Shown here: positions 38,160 to 51,100 of the stretch, piece by piece
How positions within the stretch are numbered: position 1 is the stretch's first letter
How the letters are laid out: each line of letters begins with the position of its first letter
DNA from: Oikopleura dioica
Lineage: Eukaryota; Animalia; Chordata
Direction of reading: 5' to 3'
Length of the DNA stretch: 64,000 bases
NCBI GenBank assembly: GCA_907165135.1
Contig: OU015566.1
Span: 11,408,001 to 11,472,000 of the forward strand
Program-made: the position numbers and the translations under genes
The notes under the pieces: model-generated
What the model was told of the DNA's origin: nothing
The model's database searches: none
The model's input: the letters and a program-made list of their open reading frames with translations, nothing else

Positions 38160-38747
38160 TCAAATGAGGGGATAATTTATTTTCTGATCAAGAAACGAGG
38201 AACATTCTGGTTGACTAGCAAGAAAGTCCATGTAATTACACAAGAACGCTCTGTATCGATCGTTTTCCAGCGCTAGAATGATTGATCTGATAAATAAGAA
38301 TTGAAATTTTTCATTTATTTTATCTCACCTGGTACATCTTCGAATTCCCATGTTGTTGGTTGATCGACTGATCTTTTGGCATTGAATTTTCGTAGATCGG
38401 GAAAGTTATTGCTCAAAAACTAAATGACAATTTGCAGCGCTCTGAATTAATTTTCTCATACTTTTCCTAGTCTTGAATGATGAGAGGCGTCGTAATATCC
38501 ATCATTTGGATATCCATCCATTTGGTACTAAAAGTTAATAGTAAGGGTGTTTATTAGTTATGTGACATATGGTCATGGTAAGAGTTCGTTCGGGTAAGGG
38601 TTAAGGAGCTAGAGTTGGCTCGAAAAATGCTTTTTTATAAAAAAGAGTACGTCCGCTATTTTTTATTCTTACCCGACCAGTCAGTCCAACTAGCGGCAAT
38701 ACATTACCGGTTACAATTTCCAAAATTAAAATATAAAAGAACCTCAT
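38160..38747 (-). CDS. 114-aa secreted peptide precursor-like protein, 4 exons
   Basis: Exons 38747-38673, 38527-38462, 38419-38329 and 38272-38160 join in phase through GT-AG introns of about 145, 42 and 56 nt. Hydrophobic N-terminus and GR, GK, RK, KR sites. Confidence 0.72.
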
Positions 38748-39756
38748 TCTTTCACTCTAAATGAGAAAAACGCAACTTATAAGCGAGAAATGTGATGAAA
38801 TGCATAAATATCTAATTGCCACTTTGACAGATTCATCAGACATGCACGTCAGGGAAATAGGAGGAATTGTCGGTTTTTCAGAATTTTTATGCTCGTAATA
38901 AATAGTTAAATTAACTGGGAATATTTGATGATTTGTTCCTTTTTTCTTCTTTATCATTTTTTATTGGAGGGGGCCCGTCAAATCAATTATTAGGAACTCT
39001 TCTTTGCTTTTTTGCAAATTAATAAACTTGAATAATCGAGACTTGAGTAATTTATTTGCATACGTCTACCACATCATGTTATCACTTTGATGGCTTGGCG
39101 TGTTCTGGTGGAGAATTCTGTAACAAATTGGATGGCCCGTTCGGAAACACCACCGCAGCACAGGAAGCGAGATATATCTCCCTAGACGCAAATTTATTCT
39201 ATTTTAGAAATAACAGCTTATCTTCGAAGAAGAACGAAATTATCAAAATTTGAGAAATAAAAAATCTCATTAAACTTTTAAGGCAGATACCGTTTATATT
39301 CTTTCCTCTGTTATCCTTGGCAAGCGTCCCGAACTCTTCCTTGACGGATTTCATATCATCCGCTGCACCTTAATAAAATCGTTTAAGCCAGTACAGTTGT
39401 AGTTTGATAAGAGTTTCATCCCCGCAAAATGGATTTACACGGTTGGATTGAACGTGTAGTTTTACTCAAAAAATGCGCCACGTTCTGCAAAGTAAAACTC
39501 GGGCCCCGAAGGACCACAGTGTAATCTTGCTTGTTCATTTTAGCTTTTGCGTCGACCGCCAGTGCATAAATTTGCAAGGGCTCAGTTCCTCCGTCTCAAA
39601 TACAACATTTGCATAATCGAACATACAAGTAAAAAAATCACAAGAAAACAATGCTCAGTTTTCAGCTTATCTTTACAATTTTGTTCGATCTTTAAATATT
39701 TGTTCTGAAGAAGAGATAATTCTTTTGCTGCAGTCAAAATTTGTTTTAAAATAAAA

Positions 39757-40404
39757 ATGAGTGACGAAGTCGAGAAAATTTTGGAAAACTTAAAAATTTC
39801 TGCATATAAAAGGTAGACTAAGAATTGAAAAGAATAAAGAACCTGTCTTAGAGTTGATAAAGATTTGGCCGAGAAAAGGAAAATGCTTAATTCGATTGTC
39901 CTTGAGAAACAAAACATAACTGATGAAATAAATCAGCATAAACGGAATGTCAGTGATATCGACGGGATGATAGAATTTCACAAGGAACTGCAACTGATGT
40001 ACCAACGAAAGAATGAGCTCTTTCGTAGAAACGAAAAGCTATTTCGCGGACTGTCAGATAGTCCTGCATCCGAAACTTATAATCCGGCAAGGATAGCAGT
40101 CTTAATTAATCAGAAAGTAGTGGAAAACAAATTTATCAAGGAGCTTCAGGAAAAACTCAAAACACTAGAAAATTCTTTGGTTGAACGATCAGCAAGTTTG
40201 ACCGACACAATCGACGATGATCTCATTCCGAAGTGTGAAATTTGTTTAGAGCTTTATGATCAAAAACTTCATTGGCAATCCTGCATTACTGTCTGTGGAC
40301 ACCAGTTTGGAAAATCATGTCTCGAAAGAATTCTTCAAATAAGAAGTCGCTGCCCAAAATGCAACAAAATATTTAATGCTGAGCAAATTCTAACTCTATT
40401 CTGA
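39757..40404 (+). CDS. Coiled-coil plus C-terminal RING finger protein (RFWD3-like RING)
   Basis: CEIC...CGHQFGKSC...CPKC at the C-terminus. A short first exon MSDEVEKIL joins by a phase-2 intron. Confidence 0.85.
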
Positions 40405-41431
40405 GCGTACATACTGTATCTAACGAAACATGTACCTACTATCTTCCGCGTATCATATTGTATTGTATGCTGCATAATATACAGTTATCATATGTTGAAG
40501 AACGTGAATAAAAAAGGTGCAGTTTTAACATATTAACGTCTATTCGTCGTATTTGTCTCCGAGTCAAATTAAATTGAGGAGACCGCTGTGTTAATAAAAT
40601 AGTAAAAAGGGAAACACAAACATGGCTGCATGGTCTTATGAGAGACCTTCTTTACCTGTCTGTATTCAAATGAAAACATCTTGAAACGTAGTAAAACTTG
40701 ACTTTTAGAGCTCTTTTCTCAAAGATGAGCTGAAAGAAGAGTTTGTGAAAATATACAGTGTGGCCTAAATTCGGATTCGAAAGCACCCTCAAAAATGCTC
40801 ATTTGGGAAGAAAAGCTAAACAAGGACATTCTCCTCGTGCCATGAGAAAGCACGTTGCAACCTCTTAGATACCGTTTCTGTTTTCGAACAAACAGAAGTT
40901 CAAAACAAAAGTGCTCCCGCCGGCTAGGCGACAGTGATTACCCCGACCATAAAGAAACGGTTACGGTAACGATTATGGTGATTTGGGGCCACGAAAAGTA
41001 CTAATGCGCGAGTCAGCCCATAATTCTCTGTTCATAACCGATGCACCAAATCGTTGCCCAAAAACGTCGTCCTCGCATCGTTTTTTCTTGAATTATTAGC
41101 GAAGTTAAAACTTACCGAGACTGCAGATGACCGAAAAAATGTAAAAGATCTTCCAGGAAATCCTCATTTTGGTGAAACAAGTGGAACTTATTTCGCACTT
41201 TCCTCGTTTTACACTGTGCTCGATCATATGGAAAGATGCCCATTATATCGCCCGTTGACGGTTAAATCGTCTCATCCAGGATCGTTGGGGCTTGAATTCC
41301 ATAATTTGCATCATGATGCAATAGGCTTGCCTAAAAACTTCCAGACAATTTAACTAAAAGCTGCTTTGTCTCAACAGTCGAGGCTTTAAGACGATTTTAT
41401 TATTGAAATAATACTTTTCAAATATTATTAA

Positions 41432-41582
41432 AGAAAGAAGATTCGAGGATCCCAACGCGCAAAATTTAATGCGGCGCGCGATCGATGGCGCTCCTGAGCA
41501 AGAGCTCGAAAATCATGATGAGTTCTGCGCCGATTATCGACGGGATTTTAACAGGGCGATCCAAAACCCAAGATACGAATAA
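41432..41582 (+). CDS. Possible last exon of an uncharacterised gene
   Basis: After an AG, an open frame ERRFEDPNAQNLMRRAIDGAPEQELENHDEFCADYRRDFNRAIQNPRYE* with coding-like composition. Upstream exons not resolved. Confidence 0.3.
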
Positions 41583-42508
41583 AATTTGAAATACAATTTT
41601 TAACGTTTTGGAAGCTTTTTCTTTGTAAATCGAGAGATATATTTGCAGATTTTGTAGCTGACTGGAAATATAATCGTGAGACTTTTGCGCGAAGAAGATT
41701 CTTGAGAAGATTTTTGGAAACACAATGAATTGGAAAAGGTAATTATGGTTTATATTTACTTTTTTATTATGCATTTGGTATTAAACTTTGTTATTAAAGA
41801 AAATGACTGTATAATTAGCAGAGTATTTTAGTTAGTATAAAGAATACACTATATTAAAAAGTTATAAATAAATTATAATTAAAATAATAACGAATTAGGC
41901 AGAATTGATGCTATTCGGCTACATTTCCTGACTTTTCATGATTGAAACTAATCATACAATTTAAATTTTTGAAAATATATAACTGTATTTAAATAAATAT
42001 TCTTATGGTCGTTTCAAATTTGTTTTATTGTGCAAGTAATACTAAGTATACTTGCCAAGTATGGTTAGAAAAAAAGATTGAATTTACGAGCAAAAGTTTT
42101 AGAACACCATATTTATGTTACGGTTTTTTTGATAATCAAAAGATACACAAGAGACACAGAATCTGGTGCAAAAAATCTACTTCGGAGAATTTCGTCGAGC
42201 TAGATAAATTTCGTGTTGAGCTCTGGCTCGCGCAGCTGAAGTATTTTTTATAAATAATTTATTAAATCAATAATCCAATCTGTCTTACCGGAATACATTC
42301 CGTCAGTCCCAAGCGGTAGTGAATCTTTTGAGCAATTCATTGCACCGCTTCGTTCACCCAGGGCTTCAAAGATTTTAGGAATCATTTTCTTGTGAATTTA
42401 TTTGCGACTTACAGTGACTTTTGAATTTGGTGATGGAGGCTTTTATCGGATTGTGGCTCGCTGGTCTGTCAAATTTGCTCATTGGAATCTGAATTCATTG
42501 TTTACTTA

Positions 42509-43187
42509 GTGATGATTTCAAAAAAAATTTCGCGGGCCTGGAAATCGTCAAAAAACTTCTTGTCTCGTTTTGAAGAGCTCGTCGAGACGAGTCGAATGAT
42601 TTATAAAACTCCAGATAGTTTTAAGATTTTCCGCCAAAAAAAGTGATAAGAAGGTGTCTTATCAAAAATTTTCTGACCGGCGCCGTTTTTGTTCTAGAAA
42701 AGCTGAGGTGATGCTTGACCCCGGAAAATGATCCTCATGGTCTGGTCTATTCCGGCAAAAAATTTCAGCTCGTCCTTACATATCCTGCTGTGCTTATCAG
42801 CGAAAAATCAAAAAAATAGTGCATTTTGTTGTCGCTGCACGTTCCTAGTTTCCGGCCGATTCATAGTCCCATTTTCCTCGGAAAATGAAATTTAACGATA
42901 AACTCGGCTGGGTAAATGATGACGAGCTGAAATTTTTTGCCGGAATAGACCAGACCATGAGGATCATTTTCCGGGGTCAAGCATCACCTCAGCTTTTCTA
43001 GAACAAAAACGGCGCCGGTCAGAAAATTTTTGATAAGACACCTTCTTATCACTTTTTTTGGCGGAAAATCTTAAAACTATCTGGAGTTTTATATATCATT
43101 CGACTCGTCTCGACGAGCTCTTCAAAACTAGTCAAGAAGTTTTTTGACGATTTCCGGGCCCGCGAAAATTTTTTTTTAAATCATCAG
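42509..43187. mobile_element. 679-bp foldback MITE, ~266-bp arms, TA TSD (Tc1/mariner-type)
   Basis: 42509-42774 is a near-perfect reverse complement of 42921-43187. TA at 42507-42508 and 43188-43189. Confidence 0.93.
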
Positions 43188-44418
43188 TACTTTGCAACGG
43201 TTAAATCGCGTCTCACAAGATTTCACATTAACCGCTCGGTATATGTTTACGGAATGTTTATAGAAATTATATAGTTCCCCGTGAACGTCTCTTAGACGCT
43301 GTAATTTCTTGTTTTCGGGGGCAAACTCGTGTATCAACAGAGCAAAACCTTCATACCAGACCACAGCGTTGTGGCCACCACGTTTATACAAGGGATTTAT
43401 AATTAGCGTTTTCCGTATTCAAGTTCGCTTTAAATTTTTGTGAACTTACCGCACCGTAAGAGCCATTTGACGTTCTGTAGAGAGGGTTCTGAGGTTTTTT
43501 CTGATCTTTTGGGATTGATGCGATTCCTTCGACTTTGGGAAGAACATCGTGTTTTCTGAACAAAATTAAAACTATTAGTTTTTACTAGTTAAGGGACCTG
43601 GGCGAGCAGCGCTGAGCCAAACTTCACGCGCTCGCCGTTCTTCTTAGAAATAAGATTTTTTGAAATTTCTTTTTGTAAATTATATCTCCAAATCTTCAGC
43701 TTTCTTTTCCGATTCTTAGTTTTTCTCTATCATTCTTGGTTGATGAGCTAGCGAGAAAATGAGAAGCTTAACTTCAAAAGGCATCAAGACTTGCAGACTA
43801 AATTTTTTCTTCATGAAACTAGCACCATTGAAAAGAGCGTTAAATTCTGAACAGATCCCACTCCATCAGCTAAACTAAGTCCGTACTTATTGGCGTGTAA
43901 GGCCAGATTAAGAAAATTACTTAGCGCGCGCAGCTGGTCGCGGCGCGGCTGGACGCTCCGATTTAGCTATTTTGGGCTTCCTGGACATGATTCCCGCTGC
44001 GCGGGCGCTAAGTTATCTTGTTTATCTGGCCTCTATCTCCAGTATGTACAGATTTAGTTTAGCTGATGGAGTGGGATCTGTTCAGAATTTAACGCTCTTT
44101 TCAATGGTGCTAGTTTCATGAAGAAAAAATTTAGTCTGCAAGTCTTGATGCCTTTTGAAGTTAAGCTTCTCATTTTCTCGCTAGCTCATCAACCAAGAAT
44201 GATAGAGAAAAACTAAGAATCGGAAAAGAAAGCTGAAGATTTGGAGATATAATTTACAAAAAGAAATTTAATAAAATCTTATTTCTAAGAAGAACGGCGA
44301 GCGCGTGAAGTTTGGCTCAGCGCTGCTCGCCCAGGTCCCTTAAACTCAACCTATTTTTCTTGTATTTTTGAAAACTCGTTATAATCCTGGATATTGGAAT
44401 ACACATATTGAAAGGCAT
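43176..44418 (-). CDS. Uncharacterised small multi-exon gene with a PIERCE1/2-like YRTSNxxYG motif; probably continues past 42465
   Basis: Exon 44418-44351 joins exon 43555-43451 (KHDVLPKVEGIASIPKDQKKPQNPLYRTSNGSYGA) in phase 2. Downstream exon structure is ambiguous. Confidence 0.35.
43593..44339. mobile_element. 747-bp foldback element, TTAA TSD, GG...CC termini (Kolobok-like)
   Basis: TTAA|GGGACCTGGGCG...CGCCCAGGTCCC|TTAA. About 285 bp of near-perfect arms plus ~60 bp of imperfect pairing. Confidence 0.93.
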
Positions 44419-45192
44419 GGGTTTATTCTATCGAACAAACTAATCGATTTAAAAAATTCTGACGATAATGATAAAGCAAAACTAATGGTTTTTAGCTTCT
44501 AATATTTTTCATTGCACATTCTTTAGTTGACGTGAATCTCGAAAATTCCCGTGAACCCAAGTCGAGAAAAAATGCATGTTTTGGAGGTTAATTTTTGGGC
44601 TGGCGAATTTGAAGAATGTAGACATTTTTCACTAGAGCTCGATAAACAATTTAGTCGGAGAAAATTTTCCATCTTTATCTGACTGTACTGTACCTGTAAG
44701 GGTAGTCTGTTGATTCAAATTTATCCACGACCATTTTTATTATTATCTTCTCTCAGAAAGTTATATAGAATTTTTTTCTGAAATCGTGGCTATCGTTGAG
44801 CTACAGTCACCATAGCAACGGGATAACCATAGCTTCAAATATTTGAATTTACAAAGAAAGTGATACTACTAAATTACTTTCCATCGATTGTTTATCTGCT
44901 GATTATAGTTGGGAGGAAACGTGATTGTTGAAATGACCGGAAACTTGTTGAAATTGGCTGATAAACAAATGAGCTCCCGAGTTTATAAACATAAACTGGC
45001 CTTAGAAACACATAAGCGCAATTTTTCGCGAGTTGGACATAATTTGATTTTAATCCTGCATTTTACGCATTCCAATGGAAACTTTTCTCGTTCAAGATTC
45101 AAATTTTCCAAAACTGAAAAAATATTTATCAAATCAGTAAATTTATTGCACGAACCACCGGGTCTGAGGCTTCATTTCATCAAATTTCACAA

Positions 45193-48100
45193 ATGGAGTA
45201 ATTTCATACATGGAGGTGGCCACTAGAACAACCGTGTAATCACTAAAAAAGTGCTGTTTTTAAAGGAAAATGCTTCATCTTAAAATTCATAAAAATTGAA
45301 ATTTGGGGGTGCTGCTCCCGATTGGATCTTCTATTATCGAGCCTCTTATCTACTGCAGCAGATGTCCTAAAATCATTTTTTCAGAAAACTGCTTCTTTTA
45401 ACACTGAGTACAGGAATATGCACTCAGGGTGAAGCAGCCAAGGGCAAGTTCCGCTACAACATCCGGAAAGAAGCGTACCTGGATAAAAACTCCAAAAAGC
45501 AAAAAACCCTTGAAGCTCGTCTTCCAACCCTCCCACCGCCAACAGAAGCGACAAACGAAGACGATTACGACGAAGGAGAAAATCTTATTGGTCTTCGAGC
45601 TGGGCCAGCACTCAACTTTGATTTTTCAAACTTTGCCAAAAAGAGCCGCGGCGGAAACTCGTGTAAGCCCCTGACCGAGTTTTTGAACGACAACGAAGCC
45701 TACTCGTCTCTGTCGAAATACGGCATCGTCACCAGTTGCAGCAGACAACAGTACAAAAACTCCAACTGCTTTTTGAAGTGCCAAAAGGGTTTCGAGCTCG
45801 AACTTGGCTTGGCGAAAAAACCGGTGACGACCTGTCGATGCAGAAAACGACGCGCGTCTGGTGACCCGTGCAACTGGGATGGATTGAAAGAGCTTTCTTG
45901 CAAACGTGAGTTTTTCAGCTTTTCAAAGCTTCTTGAATATTTTCCTTATCGAAAGAGGAACAGTACGTACTGTATCCTTATGAACTTGAGATTCTGAAGG
46001 ACCCGTTTTTGCCCGAAAACGTTGTTGACACTCTTTATCAAATCTAAAAATAGTATTTTTCGGAACTCAAGGAAATACTTATTCTTACTTATCTTAAGCG
46101 GTCATCGAAACACGGTCCTCATGCAGACCTCCCGCTGTCACTGGAACCATGAATATTCTAGGTAAGCTGCCCCTTTTAATAAATGCAGAAATTATACAAA
46201 AGATGAACTCGGACCACCCATCTTCTCGGACGATTATTTGCGGTAATTCTAGGATCAACTTAAAATTTGGCCCATCAATTTGGAGCTTTAATTTGAGTGT
46301 ACTCATTTCCCTAAATACGTCGTTCTCCGAGTTCAAGTTGATGAATTTGAAGCTCCTTATTTTCTGAATGATTTTTTCCGGTTTTCAAAGTCGAAAATTC
46401 ACTGCTCAATAAAAATTCTAGACCGCTGGCAAGACGGGATTATGACTTTCATCGATATCGCCACAAAAGAAAAGCAAAACCTTACCGACTGGACACTCTT
46501 GATCGAATGGAACAAGCCCGTAAAGTCGAAACGAACGTTTCTCTGGAATGCAAACGTTGAAAAAATCTCCAAGGACTTGACCCTTTGGACCGTCGCCAAT
46601 AAAAAAGGAGCGCCGCCCTCGATTAACGGAGTGAAATTTGGAATGGTCGTTGATAATTTGGAGAAACGGGACTACGGAACTGACGAATTGAAGGCAAACA
46701 TCTTCCTTTGGAACTTTTACAACGAAGAGGCTGCCTGTTGGTCGCTCTCAGAAGACAGTATTTTAGCACGATCAGCAGTGAAAGAGCAATCGACTGTGTC
46801 TGAATTGGAACCGGTTTCTGGGGAAAGAACTTGCTTCATGGGAAAATATGTCAACACAAATATCTGGAAACATCATCATAGGTAACTTTCAAATCATTAT
46901 TCTCCAATATCAAATCATTCGTGATTCAATTTATTAAGTCAATATCGAGTGCACGCTTCATTAGAATTCGATCTTACAGACCCTCTTGGAGAATGGGAAG
47001 TGGAACTGGTCTTTGCGGAGGGAAAGAAGATGCTTGTATTAGAAACACCCCAGCTGACCAAAAAAGACAAGTCGACTGACGGGCGTTACTGGAGTTTTAA
47101 AGCAAGAGCTTTCAACGATGTCCTAGTTTCCAGGAATTTAAAGTTTTTCATGTCTGGCGCGATGTGGCGGTCTGCTCCTGCTCCCAATGCAGGTTTGAAT
47201 AAAAACAGTTGATAACCGCGGAAATCTTCGCCTGAAACGCAGCTTATACTTAACTTTGTCCGAAATCCGGAAAACGTTTGATTTTTTTACTCTGAAAATT
47301 GAACGGAAACGCACCGTGTCCGGAAATAAATCTACAGACAGGGGCATTTACTGTATAAGCCACATCATTTTTGAAATAATCTTATATGGTATTTTAATGC
47401 CATCTTGTCTGTAGAACAAACCGACGCAGTTTTGCGAAAACCGATATCTGACTTAAATAAATAGGTGTGGACGAATATGAACCAGATTTGGTATCGGATC
47501 CTTCAGGAGAAGTGCGCATTTGTGGAGTTAAAGCTCCATGGGCGCATATTCAGCAGCGAAGCCAAATCTTCAGGAATTTGTTGAAACTATGTTTACATTT
47601 CTAGCTTACAAATAAGCACCCTATTTCCTTAGATAGGCATCAAGATTGGGGCTCAACTCGTTAGATTCCAGAATCAGCGTAAGGCTAATTGATTTTTAGA
47701 GCATTTCTTACCGCAATTTTGAAAATATTAATAGAGTTGTTAAATAAAATCGACCGCGGCAAATAACTAAACGTGTTTGGCTACGTCTAAACAACAAGTC
47801 AACTTTTTTGGAAGCCAGAATTTGACCATCAAAACTCGAAATTTCTATTTGAAAAAAATCAACCCCAACTGTAAATTTGCCTAATTTCGGCTAAATGAAT
47901 AGAAACTTTTAAGAGATCTTCAAAAAATAGAAGCTTTCAAAGCTCTTTTTGTCTAGCTCAACCTTTTAATTCTTCGCTTGCGTTATCACTTATCTACACT
48001 ATCTTTTGATCCAGAAATTGCCCGTTGCTCTGTTAGAAAAACTCACCCATCGAAGTCACTTGTAATTACAGAATGAACTGCATCTACAGTGTATATTTAA

Positions 48101-51100
48101 ACATGTATCTAGATATAGTAATACCTGCCGCGATAAGGTCTTGGTCGTATTTTCCTAAGATGGCTTTTCTATTTGGGTTATAAAATCCTTATCAGTGGAG
48201 TTACACGTTGCCCGATCTCATCTATCCTCACTTTTAATTATTGCCTCTCGCGAACTTTGGCCGAGGAAATTTTTCTTACCGAAGAAACACTTTAAATACA
48301 CCTGCCAAAGATGTCATTGGGGGCTGCCGCACCCTCACAAGTGCTTCTAGTCGAGTTCTGAACGTGTTACAAGGTAGTAAGAAAAGCTTCACCGACTGTG
48401 GTGAGCATCCTTGATCAATTAAAGTATTCGCTCACGCCCTGAACACGTTTGGCTTGATGAATTTTATACTTGAAGGCTTCAAGTTGTAATTGCCTTAGTC
48501 AAGTTTTTTTTGCTCACATAAGATTTTATCGCTTGATTTTCCCTTGAATTCTAGTTGATAATTACAGGGATTTTCTATTGTAAAGCTCAAGATTTAGTAA
48601 ATTATAGACTAGAGTTTATTGTAAGCCGGATAAATAGGCTATGAACCCCTTTTTATACGAAGTAAGAAAGTGAAAGGTAGCACGAAAAAATGAGCGGTTG
48701 TGGTTTTGTTCGGACGACGGGATTACCTCAAAAAGGCTTCTGAGGTTCTATCTTGGAATTTTTGTTTATATATAAAATGGTTTATGCATGTCAGGGGCAA
48801 CTATTTTCAACCAATGATAAAGTGCTCCGATTTACGAAGGAAAATGCGAAAAGAACAGTAGTGAGATGGTGGAGAGCTACGATTATTTGGAAGAAGAAAG
48901 GTGCCAGAACTGGTCGCCAGATTCAATTTTCAAGCAAGATAAAGGTCAGTAGAAGCCCTTGCGTTCTGTCTTTAAGGGTGTCCCCAACGATCGAGGCCGA
49001 GACTGTCTAACTCGGTGACTTAAATTTTTCTTCTTATTTAGGAAATTCTGATTCCGATCCTTTTTTCAGATCTTCAATATCTTATCTACTTCTCGAGATA
49101 TGGCTTTTTCTATGAGCGCGCTAATGCATTAGCCTTCGATAGAAATGCACTGTGAAAATGGCAATTTTGAAATTCTCAATTAAGTGTAGCAAATTATATA
49201 TCTCCTGAAAGCTTGAAAAATAATAATATTCAAATAGATTTTTCATGTAGAAACTATCCGATTAGTAGAATTATTAACTCAAAGTTGATCCTGTTTCAAA
49301 AAAATCGTTGGGGACACCCTTAAAGATGTCTTTAAAGATGTCTTTTTAGATCTGCTACGGCTCTGGAATAAGGGCAAAATGTGCGATCACCAAACTGACA
49401 CCACCAGTAGATATATTTGCTACTCAATTCTTTACATGGAATCTCAAAAAGGTACTTGATCTAAAACTGCTCCCCTTTGCTCAACTAAGAATTTCTAGCT
49501 GGAAAAGAGCTCAACATGGTTCCGTGGAGAGGCCAATCCACGTTGAAAGATGGCTGTGATTTGGTCGATTCGAAGTTTAAAGCGCCGATTCCGGTTGATC
49601 TCAGTGGAGGATTCTTTGCAGATGATGGTCACGTGAAAGTGACACAGGTAAATATTCATGTTGTGAACTCTTTAGCTACGATGGTGTCTAACAACTGGAG
49701 AAGATTGGAAGAACTTGGAGTGCTAAGGGAAGTCGTAGGATACATCAAACACGCGGCGGAATTCCTCGATCAGGCGCGGTTCGCCGGTGCCAATATGGTC
49801 GTACAGGTCAGTTCAAATGCATAAGGGAAACGTGCAGTTGTCAAAATTCAGGTCCTCAGTCGGATGCGGATAAAACCCCAAAACTAGATATTTTTTCGTT
49901 TTTTTTCGGTTAACCTGCACAGATTGAGAACGCGTGGGAATATTTTTTGTTACATTTATTGATTCAAAGAACTGAATACTTTATAAGAGACTGTTTTGCA
50001 CAAATATTTGGCCAGTTTCGATCCAAGAACTGGCTTTTTAGGTGAAATAACGACACTTATTTTGAAAGTAACAATGAATAGCTGTAAGTAGAATGAAAGC
50101 TGGCAGAATTTTGACAAAATCGCTAATAAAACATAAAAACACAGTTTACGAGAAAGAAGAGATATTCTGAGCCCCAGCCAGACGCTTAATTGAAAATGAT
50201 AATAGGTGCGCAAAAAAACTCGATTAACTTACCTACGAGCTCATATTCTTTGGGACCAGATGATATTCTTCAGAAAAACTCCAATTACCATCATTAAGCC
50301 AAACAAGAGGACTCTCTTATCGCAGTCGTTCATGCTGAAAAATTTTGAATAGAAATAGATAATCTACTGAATAATTCAGTTACCGAAGATAGATCCTATA
50401 CAAAATTTTCACTGTCGAACGGAAATTCATCTGAGGAATGCGGTCGAAAAATTGATCTACTTCGTCTTCTAGATTTTCGTTTCGTTCCCTCATGGTTAAA
50501 AAGAGTTACCCACATTCACTATCTGAAATATGAAATTTGTTATTTTTTTTCCACACTTGAAAATATAATCTATCTCTTTTTAATAATTCTGCATTTTTAT
50601 TGCTCTTTATTCTCTTTGCCTTCTAGCAGTGAAATAAGTCTGCGAAATTTAGGCACAGTCGCCCTGCTCTTTTCGCCAAAGCAAAAAACTTCTAATTGGC
50701 TAATAATGCCCTCTGGCGCCACTCTTATGTGTTTGTATGGACCATACAGTGTGAGTCATACATTATGTCCCCATGCAGCATTTGAACTAGCTATTTATAT
50801 TAGATATAATATGGGTCTTCAATGGTGCCTTATTTTATGTGAGGTTGTCAGACTAAAATGCTTAAAGATAAATATCGAAACTTCACTCATAAAAATTCGT
50901 TGTTTGGAATAAAAATTCTTTCAGGTTGGAGACGCACGTGTAGACGATCGCTGCTCGGAAGGATCAATCGAAGCTTCCGCGGAGAGGCGAGTGACTTTGG
51001 CTTCAGACCGAAAGTATCCAGCCACAGACGCACTCGCCGGAACCGCGGGTGCCCTTTTAGCAGCCGCCAACGCCCTGGATACTGTCGACGAGAGCGATTT

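Noticed and set aside
39050-39600. Possible minus-strand multi-exon gene
   Set aside because: Several mutually exclusive splice solutions and no recognisable product.
50206-50330. Plus-strand segment considered as a GH9 exon
   Set aside because: The exon at 50925 (VGDA...PATD) fits the GH9 alignment directly after 49806; this segment is better explained by the antisense nested candidate.
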